Assembly (NCBI GenBank): GCA_040510375.1
Contig: JBEVJC010000024.1
Span: 84,071-148,070, forward strand
Direction of reading: 5' to 3'
DNA from: Chitinophagaceae bacterium
Lineage (GTDB): Bacteria > Bacteroidota > Bacteroidia > Chitinophagales > Chitinophagaceae
DNA: 64,000 nucleotides
Shown: positions 29,212-37,600 of the stretch, in pieces
How positions within the stretch are numbered: position 1 is the stretch's first letter
Layout: every line of letters starts with the position of its first letter
Made by a program: the position numbers and the translations under genes
Notes under the pieces: generated by a model
Seen by the model: only the letters and a program-made list of their open reading frames with translations
The model's database searches: none
What the model was told of the DNA's origin: nothing

Positions 29212-29774
29212 GCATTTGATTTTAAATGATCATAACCCTGTGGAAGGCGGTAGTAGCCGTGCTCCTTTAATCGTATTGCCAGTGCCGCATAGTAACCGGG
29301 ATCGGTTGGTGTAACCGTTGCCAGTCCGTCTACATACCGGTTATATAAACTAAATAATGCGGCAATCAGTACGGTATCGTGGATCTCCAGGTCAGTAGCA
29401 CCGGCAGCCTTTGCTTCGCTGATCACTTCGGCGGTTACAGACTTGCCGCTTACGCGGACCAGGGCGGCAATGGCCAGCAGTGTTTTCATTTTTTCTGAAA
29501 CAGGCGCGGTGCTGATATCTGTCTTCACACATTCAACTGTTTCTGATTCACCCGAAAGGATTTCCACTGCTGCGGTATGTGCAGTGCTGCAAAAAACGCA
29601 GCCATTACCATGCGACACAACCGTTGCGATGAGTTCACGCTCGGGTTCAGTCAGCGTGGATGGACCACGAAGCAGGATCTGGGTCAGTTCACGGATTGGC
29701 GCAGCTGTTGCCTGGCTGTATTCCAGCAGGCCTGTAATACCGGGAAGGTGTTCTTCCAGGGGAATGTGTGGCAT
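29208..29774 (-). CDS. AhpD/CMD family peroxidase-related enzyme, paralog P4
   Basis: LPGITGLL..., CVFCSTAH and ATDLEIHDTVLIAALFSLYNRYVDGL. The C-terminal YDHLKSNA is encoded inside repeat copy 3. Confidence 0.8.
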   Translation of the reverse strand: MPHIPLEEHLPGITGLLEYSQATAAPIRELTQILLRGPSTLTEPERELIATVVSHGNGCVFCSTAHTAAVEILSGESETVECVKTDISTAPVSEKMKTLLAIAALVRVSGKSVTAEVISEAKAAGATDLEIHDTVLIAALFSLYNRYVDGLATVTPTDPGYYAALAIRLKEHGYYRLPQGYDHLKSNA

Positions 29775-29786
29775 GGGTTCATTTTA

Positions 29787-29806
29787 ATGTAAACGTGCAG
29801 TTACAT
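29787..29806. promoter_or_regulatory. 20-bp palindrome 13 nt upstream of the P4 ATG
   Basis: ATGTAA-ACGTGCAG-TTACAT, perfect 6-bp arms. Confidence 0.3.
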
Positions 29807-29864
29807 CGTTTCACCGCCATAGTGTGGCCGGGCAATACGATAGTTGTTGGTAGTCGGGAATAAA

Positions 29865-30419
29865 TCAGCAGGATAATTGCGGCGGGCGCTCGGGGATTAA
29901 ACGGAATAAAGAAAAACAGGAGGGCGGCTGCACCGCAAGTTTCAATGCTTTGGCGGGGTTGATACCGGCGATTGAATAATCAGGTAAAACGTTGCAGAAA
30001 TCAGCAGCAGCACCCGTTTTTTTCAGGTTGTCCTGTTTTGATTTTTTACCTGCAGGAAATCCATTGATCTCCTTTGTAATAAGCCGGCTTTCTTTAAGGA
30101 TCGATGTCTTCTGCTGATTGGGTATGCAGAGTACCGATAATGTATCATTGAACACCCGGCGTTTGACATAATTATAGATTATTCCCTGGTGTTCAATGCT
30201 GCCGTCACACCGTTCGTAAGCGGTGGAACTCAACAGGTAAGGTAGATTCAGCGGGATTTTTACTTCAACCAGGTTACGTTCATCGTAGTTCGATTTGTCA
30301 AGCCTTGCCACCAGCTGCGAATCGGAACGTTTGATCAATATATCAAAGACGAGAGTGTAACCCGCGAAGTTAAAGGCATGAATGGCGATCAGTAATATGG
30401 CAATCGGTCTTTTCAACAA
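29865..30419 (-). CDS. conserved-looking membrane-anchored hypothetical protein
   Basis: N-terminal TM helix (KRPIAILLIAIHAFNFAGYTLVF). The ORF contains no ATG at all, so it must start at TTG (30417-30419). It is on the same strand, between the regulator and P4. Confidence 0.5.
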   Translation of the reverse strand: MLKRPIAILLIAIHAFNFAGYTLVFDILIKRSDSQLVARLDKSNYDERNLVEVKIPLNLPYLLSSTAYERCDGSIEHQGIIYNYVKRRVFNDTLSVLCIPNQQKTSILKESRLITKEINGFPAGKKSKQDNLKKTGAAADFCNVLPDYSIAGINPAKALKLAVQPPSCFSLFRLIPERPPQLSC

Positions 30420-30464
30420 ACTAAATTTAGGAAAATAAAACAGATACGGGAATATTTTTTCCGG

Positions 30465-33407
30465 TTAGTCCCCCACCTCGTTTTTCACCTCCTTACGCTG
30501 GATATCGAAGAGGAACTGGAACAGGTTGGTTTCCCTTGGAATCTGTAATTTTTTACGTAACCGGTAACGGCTGATCTCCACGCCCCTTACGGAAATACTC
30601 ATCAGCTGTGCCACTTCCTTGCTGGAAAGGTTCATGCGCAGGTATGCACATAATTTAAGTTCATGGGCTTTCAGGTCAGGATAACGTTCTTTCAGCAACA
30701 TCAGGAAATCCCCGTTTACCTTATCAAAATGTACACTGAATTGTTCCCATTCTTCTGTTACCTTTTCCTCTTCGGCCATGATCCTTAAAATTTTTTTCAA
30801 TTCACCCGGGTCATGTTTTTCCTTTCCTGTTTTGTTCATATGCTGCAGTTCCTCCCGGATCTTCTGGAGGAATTCTTCTTTCTGTACCAGGTGCATTGCG
30901 GTGGAAGCAAGTTGCGAATTTTTGTAACCGATCTCTGCTTCCAGTTTTTCGTTTCGCAGTTTCACCACTTCCTTCTCCGATTTTTCCAGTTCAAGTGTAT
31001 GCAGGTAGGCTTGTTTTTTCTGTTCTTCCTGGTGTTTCAATCTTTCCGATTGAAGTTTGCGCTGGTGCTTTTTATAGAACCACCACATGATACCCACTCC
31101 AAGAAGAGCGTAAAAAAGCCAGGCCCATGTGGTAAAATACCAGGGCGGCAACACCACAATACTATAACTGCTGATGGCGCTCTCACCGCGGAGGTTATTG
31201 CGCATCCGCACCTGGAATGTATAATTACCCGCGGGCAGGTTGGTATAATCCTTCTCGGTTTTTTTGGACCAGTCGGACCAGTCGCGATCAAAATTCCTGA
31301 GTTTATAACTGTATTCTATATTGGATTGCTGTTCATATAAAGGAGAAGAGAATTCGAAATGGAAAGAATTAAGATCATGGCCCAGAGAGAATACATCATC
31401 TTCCCTTTGTGCACTGCTGCCGTTGGCCACGCGGGAATAACCATCATAAAGTAGTTGTTCGCTGCTACCCATGGCTTTTACCGTGCGGATAAAAACGGAA
31501 AGGCCTGCATTGGTCTGTTTATATTTTTCATAGTTGATATGGTAGAATCCTTTTTCACCTCCCACAAAAATATTATTATCGTTCACAGGATAGATATGTT
31601 CAAACCCGCTCATGATTTTACCCGTGAGTTCCGGAAAAAAAATAAGTTTTGGTTCCCGTGTGGAAAAGTCAACCACCCCGATATTTTTTTCCTGCACGAA
31701 CCAGATATTCCCGCTGCCATCTTCCTTCAGATAACGGATTCCACGGGTACCAAAAATATCTTTATAATAGTCAGACAACTGAAAACTGTCTGCCCGGTGG
31801 TTGTATTCATAAATCCCTTTTTCGGTAGCAATGATCACTTTGTTTTTGACCTTGTATACATGGTTATTCAATGTAGAGGGAAGACCGTTAGACTGTGTAA
31901 AAAGCCGGACTCCGTGGTTCAGGCCACTTTTTGCGGGGTCAATTTTATAAATGCCGCGATAAGGATGCGATACCCAGATGGTCTGGTCGTTATCGATTTC
32001 CAGAAAGCGGGCTGAGGCCCTGAAGTTCGCTACAGAACCGCGTTCTGTAAATACGCCATTATTATAATCAAACAGGCGCACACCCAGGTAGGTTCCCGCT
32101 GCGATGGTTGGTCCCTGTTTGAATTGCTGGATGGATTCGAATGTCCAGAAGCCTGTGCCCCGGCTGATGGCGCTGGCCTGGTCGCCGCGCACCAGGTAGA
32201 AACCATCGTCCATTGCGGCGAGCATTTCGTTGTTTACAATTGAAAAACCGTAGGTCTGTCCCCAGGTTACCAATGATGTTTCATTACTGGCATAACTCAG
32301 GTCGCGTATAGCCGGCAACGGCATACGGAAAATTCCTGATGATAGTCCAAAGTACAGGTTGCCGTTCATCATGGAAACGGCGAAGCCTGATCCGTCGTTC
32401 ATAACCGGGGGACTGATATGTTTTACCGCATTATTGATTGCAATGAAATCGATGCCGCTGTCCAGTCCGAACCAGATATTATTACTCTTGTCAAGGAACA
32501 TGGTGCGAATGCTGTTATGCTGTAGTCCGTCACGTTTGGAAAAATTATCAAGTACCCATCCATTTCTGTTTATCAGGTAAAAACCATTTGAGTTGGTACT
32601 TACTGCAACATGTTCCGGATCCACTATCACAGCTCCGCTGAATTCGGTACCCGTTGGTACGGCCATACCTGTAAGCCGGAGTGGTGTAAGGGTGTTGCCG
32701 CCGAAACGGAATAAACCAAAACGATTGGTACTCACCAGGGCAGTATCGTCGCCCAGTGCGGTCATATCATTTATCCGGATGCCAGCCGGAAGTTCATCAG
32801 CGGGGATAATGGTGGTAAATACTGCTCCCCTGAACTCTGATAAGCCGGTCCGGCCATCCTGGGCCAGTAACCTTCCTGAAACCAGTCCGAGGTAAATCCA
32901 TGAGCTGGCGGCTGGATAAGAAGTGATCTTATTATTATGGAAGCGGAAGATCCTGCCCGAGGATCGGAAGTACACATCCTCCCCCACTGTAATGATTGTC
33001 CAGATATCTGCAAAGCGGCGATCGGCTTCAGGAATTAGTCCCACCAGCGAATTAAAGACCAGTTTCCCGTTTTTGTCCGGTGCGAAATATCCAAATTCAT
33101 CCTGGCCTCCTACATAGATCTTTTTATCCTTCCCAAACTCCATTGCCCTTAAAATGGTTTTATTGGGCAGCGGGTAGAGTTTCCAGTAGGTACCATCGAA
33201 GCTGAGCAATCCTTCATTATTGGCAAAATACATCCGCCCCTCTACATCCTGCCTGATGGCCCAGTTCTGGGCACCGGCGTTATATTGGCTTTTTTCGTAA
33301 TTCACTATTTCACTCTGGCCGATGTAGCGCTGAGTGAATGCATCAGACACGAAAAACAGTAAAAGGAAAAATATTAATACCCTGGAAATCATTGGCAGTT
33401 TAATCAT
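30465..33407 (-). CDS. one-component sensor/regulator: periplasmic beta-propeller repeats + Y_Y_Y domain + TM helix + coiled coil + LuxR-type HTH
   Basis: Signal/TM helix at the N-terminus, a long propeller-like region, Y_Y_Y-like block (EYSYKLRNFDRDWSDW...NYTFQVR), TM (WAWLFYALLGVGIMWWFY), and C-terminal LuxR HTH (LSSKEVAQLMSISVRGVEISRYRLRKKL). Confidence 0.8.
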   Translation of the reverse strand: MIKLPMISRVLIFFLLLFFVSDAFTQRYIGQSEIVNYEKSQYNAGAQNWAIRQDVEGRMYFANNEGLLSFDGTYWKLYPLPNKTILRAMEFGKDKKIYVGGQDEFGYFAPDKNGKLVFNSLVGLIPEADRRFADIWTIITVGEDVYFRSSGRIFRFHNNKITSYPAASSWIYLGLVSGRLLAQDGRTGLSEFRGAVFTTIIPADELPAGIRINDMTALGDDTALVSTNRFGLFRFGGNTLTPLRLTGMAVPTGTEFSGAVIVDPEHVAVSTNSNGFYLINRNGWVLDNFSKRDGLQHNSIRTMFLDKSNNIWFGLDSGIDFIAINNAVKHISPPVMNDGSGFAVSMMNGNLYFGLSSGIFRMPLPAIRDLSYASNETSLVTWGQTYGFSIVNNEMLAAMDDGFYLVRGDQASAISRGTGFWTFESIQQFKQGPTIAAGTYLGVRLFDYNNGVFTERGSVANFRASARFLEIDNDQTIWVSHPYRGIYKIDPAKSGLNHGVRLFTQSNGLPSTLNNHVYKVKNKVIIATEKGIYEYNHRADSFQLSDYYKDIFGTRGIRYLKEDGSGNIWFVQEKNIGVVDFSTREPKLIFFPELTGKIMSGFEHIYPVNDNNIFVGGEKGFYHINYEKYKQTNAGLSVFIRTVKAMGSSEQLLYDGYSRVANGSSAQREDDVFSLGHDLNSFHFEFSSPLYEQQSNIEYSYKLRNFDRDWSDWSKKTEKDYTNLPAGNYTFQVRMRNNLRGESAISSYSIVVLPPWYFTTWAWLFYALLGVGIMWWFYKKHQRKLQSERLKHQEEQKKQAYLHTLELEKSEKEVVKLRNEKLEAEIGYKNSQLASTAMHLVQKEEFLQKIREELQHMNKTGKEKHDPGELKKILRIMAEEEKVTEEWEQFSVHFDKVNGDFLMLLKERYPDLKAHELKLCAYLRMNLSSKEVAQLMSISVRGVEISRYRLRKKLQIPRETNLFQFLFDIQRKEVKNEVGD

Positions 33408-33476
33408 TATTAGGTCTACCTACAATTTACCGCGATATTCATCAATACTTCCCGATTCCCGATTTTTTTTCACGCT

Positions 33477-33546
33477 GATGTACTACAGATGTAGTGAATG
33501 CATTGATTTCAGGTGTTTATTTTGGTATGATGTAGTAGTGATGTAC
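33477..33546. promoter_or_regulatory. cluster of four GATGTA(C/G) direct repeats in the divergent regulator / PKD-SusC intergenic region
   Basis: Heptamers at 33477-33483, 33488-33494, 33529-33535 and 33540-33546: two pairs with 11-nt spacing, 52 nt apart. Confidence 0.3.
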
Positions 33547-33815
33547 CCCATTATTTCCCTGTCGTCAGTACAGCGCTAACTTTGCTTTGCTTGTTCATAC
33601 GGGTCAGCCAGCCCGCTCAAAACTTAACGCTTGTACAATGAAACGAGAAAAAACGATTGCCATACTTCCCGCTCCCGGAAGTATGACCAACTTAAACCTC
33701 CCCTTAAAACATATTCAGATTTTTTACCAGTTTATCCCGAAAACCGGATGATTAATCCATGCCCGAACCCGCCTCTGCTTATCAACCAATTTTAGAAACG
33801 AAATCATTTAAAACG

Positions 33816-34625
33816 ATGAGAATCCCGCTAATTTTTACTCCGGTATTGCTGGCGATGGCAGTAGCTATATCTGGATGCCAGCCCGATAAGGTCAAGGAGT
33901 TGGGAGAACCGGCCGCTTCTTCCTTTACGATTGCCCCCGTGACGGGCAAGGCCAATACCTACGCTTTGGCCAGTACTTCAACCAATGCCTTTGGATATGC
34001 CTGGGATATGGGCAATGGAACATACATAAAAGGCGGAGCACTTGATACAGCTTATTTCCCCACTATGGGAACATACACTGTCCGCCTCCGCGCATTTGGA
34101 CCCGGAGGTTCCACCGTATCTGAGCAAACAGTTACAGTCACGTCCGACGATCTGCTGAACATTCCCCAGTTTGTATTACTTACTGCACATAGCTGGAAAC
34201 TTGATCCGGCGGATGGTGCGAATGCAATTATTGTGGGAACCGAAGGTAACCCTGGCCAGTACTTTGGCGGAGGTGGACTCGATGCCTGTCAGAAAGACGA
34301 TGTGTATACGTTTGGAACCGATCTTAAGCTGACCTATAATGCCAACGGTTCCACGTTCAATGCAGGTAATATCAGTCCCAATTATACCTGCGGGACCGAC
34401 CGGTCGTATACCGATTTCGTTTATGCATACTCACCCAATGTACCTGCGGGATCTGCGGGTGTTGGACTGATCACCCTTAATGCGAATGTGCCGGATAAAT
34501 TTATCGGTGTCACTGACATTTCAAGTAATAGTTACCGGATCATCTCGATCAGTGCTACCAATATGGTACTGCGGTCGGGAACAGCATCGCAGACCGTCCA
34601 CCAGTTCAAATTCGTGGCCAATTAA
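33816..34625 (+). CDS. PKD-domain lipoprotein
   Basis: Lipobox AISGC from the ATG at 33816. PKD-like block (FGYAWDMGNGT...GTYTVRLRAFGPGGSTVSEQTVTV). The longer 33759 start adds a non-signal extension. Confidence 0.7.
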   Translation: MRIPLIFTPVLLAMAVAISGCQPDKVKELGEPAASSFTIAPVTGKANTYALASTSTNAFGYAWDMGNGTYIKGGALDTAYFPTMGTYTVRLRAFGPGGSTVSEQTVTVTSDDLLNIPQFVLLTAHSWKLDPADGANAIIVGTEGNPGQYFGGGGLDACQKDDVYTFGTDLKLTYNANGSTFNAGNISPNYTCGTDRSYTDFVYAYSPNVPAGSAGVGLITLNANVPDKFIGVTDISSNSYRIISISATNMVLRSGTASQTVHQFKFVAN

Positions 34626-34664
34626 ATACGAACCAGAATCAGTTAACTCAATTAAAAATTGCAT

Positions 34665-37600
34665 ATGAGATATTTCGTCAGGTTTTTAAGTATGGCCCTC
34701 CTGCTTATCATTGCAGGCTCTGTCCATGCGCAGAATATCCTGGTATCCGGAAGGGTCACCAGTAAAACGACGGGTACGGCGCTTGCGTCGGCTTCGGTCA
34801 ACCTTAAGGGTACCAATATTGCAACTGTTACCAACGACTCGGGACAATATAACCTGTCACTGCCTCCGGGTGGCGGAATGCTGGTCATTTCTTATATAGG
34901 TATGGCCACACAGGAAATCCTTGCCACCAGTGCCGGGAGCTACAATGCTATCCTTGATGATGGTACCGCCAATACACTTGCCGACCTGGTAATTGTGGGA
35001 TATGGCAGCCAGCGTCGTGCAAATGTAACCGGTGCTATTTCCACCGTTGCTACAAAGGAACTGGTGCAGGCACCGGTTGCCGACCTTAGTAATGCGCTGA
35101 TCGGAAGGGTTCCCGGTATTATAACCAAACAGGCTTCGGGTGAACCGGGTGCTGATGATGCCCGTCTTTATATCCGTGGCCAGTCGACCTTCTCCGGAAG
35201 TATGGAACCCCTGGTTGTTGTTGATGGGATTGTGCGGACATTCCGTGATTTTTCACAACTGGATGCCAATGAAGTTGAATCGATCAGTATCCTGAAAGAT
35301 GCTTCTTCTGCTGCCATCTTTGGTGTTCGCGGTGCCAATGGAGTATTACTTGTAACCACCAAGAGAGGAAAAACGGGAAAGAATACAACCAGTTACTCTT
35401 TTAATTACGCACGTCAGGAAGTCTCTAAATTCAATGATAACCTTGGTTCCTTTGAATATGCCACATTGCTTTCGGAAGCACAGCTCAATGATGGTGTGCC
35501 CATTACCTATACGCCTGAGCAAATAGAAGCATTCCGCACCGGCTCTGATCCGGTACTGTATCCAAACACCGACTGGCAGCGGCTTGTACTGGGTGGCTCT
35601 GCTGGCCAGATGCAACATAACCTGAACTTCAGTGGTGGTACTGAAAAATTAAAATACTTCGCTTCACTGGGATATTTTGACCAGAAGGGTTTGTATAGTT
35701 CACTTGGATACAAACGATATAACCTGCGTCTGAATCTTGACCTGCAGGTTACCAACACTACCAAGGTATCTATCGATGTGTCAGGCCGACTGGAAAAACG
35801 CACCGCGCCACCTACCGGAATCTCGCAGATTTTTGAACATACCCTGCGTAACCCCCCAACAATACCTGCTGTATACGATGGTGTGGGATATGCACAGATT
35901 GGTTCATACACCAATACATTAAGGGCCATTGACCCGGCGGGCGGTTATAACAGAAGGGAAGACAATACAATCCTTACCAACCTTGCAATTGAACAACAAA
36001 TCCCCTGGGTAAAGGGTCTTTCTTTAAGAGGTGTACTTGCATATGACAAACGGATGAACTTTTCAAAAGCATGGCGGGATAATGTGTATGTATATACAGC
36101 AAACGGATCAGGTGGATTTGTCCAGTCGAACTACAATGCACCCAGCCTGAATCAGGATTATTACCAGAACCACCAGACCGAACTGCAGGCACAGCTGAAT
36201 TATAACCGCCGTTTTGGAAAACACAATGTATCTGCCCTTGTGCTGATACTCCGTCAGGAACGCCCTGTTGAATTCTTTGGTGCGGGCCGCAGCGGATTCG
36301 AAAACGGATTTTTCCAGGCATTGAACTTCGGGCCAGCAACCAATTCGACAGGTGGAATAACAGAAACGATCTATGGCAATCTCGACCGGTTTGCCCTGCG
36401 CAGTGCTGCCGGCCGGATTAACTATGACTACGATGGCAGGTATCTTTTCCAGGCCAGCCTTCGCCGTGATGAAACGGAAAACTTTGCACCAAAATTCCGT
36501 CGTGGTTATTTCCCCGCTTTCTCAGCAGGCTGGATAGTCTCCCGGGAAAATTTTATGGAAGGCACAGCAGGTGTACTTGATTTCCTGAAAATAAAAGGTT
36601 CATGGGGTCAGCTGGGTAACGACAAGATTGGTGATGAACTACGTTTCGCCTACATCTCCCGTTACCAGAGTGTGGCAAACAACTATGCATTTGGAGGATC
36701 GACATTACCAGGATTGAATCCACTTGCTTCCAATCCGATTGTACAGTGGGAATCTTCCACCAAGTCTGATATCGGTTTTGAAGCACGTTTCCTGAAAGGG
36801 ATGTTTGATATTGAAATGGATTTCTTCAGGGAATACCGGAAGGATATACTTGGATACCGGTACTCACAGATCCCATCTGCATATGGAGGACAATTACCTC
36901 CTGAAAACGTGGGTGCTGTGCTCAACAGGGGTCTTGAACTTAATATCGGTCACAGTAAATCAATTGACCGGAACTGGTCGTATTTCGCCCGCGCAAATAT
37001 GACCCTTGTAAAAAATGAAATCAGGAAAGCACCAGTTGCCGCCAACCTTACCGATGCATTGAATGTGATCGGCCGCCCCATTGGTGCCTACTATGGTTAC
37101 AAGGCAATTGGTATTATCCGCGACCAGGCTACACTTGACGGATATACGGTAACAACTGAGTTCCCTGTTGGACTGGGTGATATCATGTATGATGACCTGA
37201 ACAAGGATGGTGTGATAAATTCGAACGACAGGCAATACCTGACCACGGGTAATATCCCTGAACTGGTTTATGGTATTTCAGGTGGTGCACGCTGGAAAGG
37301 ATTTGAAATGAATTTCCTGTTCCAGGGAGCCGACCGTGTGCATCAGCAACTGATCAATAACGCTGGTTATGCATTCTTTAATGGCGGACGCGTATCGGCC
37401 GAATGGCTGGATCGCTGGAACCCATCGAACCCTGATGGAAAACTGCCAAAACTTTCTACCAATGCAACGGCTACTACCAATAACTACCAGATTCCCGGCG
37501 GACCAAGTTATGGTTTAGGCGGTAATAGCTTCTGGATAAAAAATGCTGCGTACCTGCGTTTGAAAAATGCAGAGATCGCTTACAATTTTTCAACGGACCT

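Larger units (their letters stand above)
29127..29240. repeat. 3 tandem copies of a 38-bp unit spanning the P4 stop / MFS start junction
   Basis: Copies at 29127-29164, 29165-29202 and 29203-29240: ttctttcatgcgtttgattttaaatgatcataactcgc / ...atgacctgc / ttctttcatgcatttgattttaaatgatcataaccctg, with a few mismatches only. Confidence 0.9.

Noticed and set aside
29127-29240. 38-bp repeats as a mini CRISPR array
   Set aside because: The copies are directly adjacent with no spacers, there are no cas genes, and the unit is clearly a duplicated coding junction.
33638-33751. 37-aa ORF (MKREKTIAILPAPGS...) in the leader of the PKD/SusC operon, overlapping the AAAAAACGATTGC 13-mer
   Set aside because: It has no signal, motif or terminator to support it. 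The sequence may matter as DNA or RNA rather than as a peptide. I kept it only as context for the 13-mer finding.
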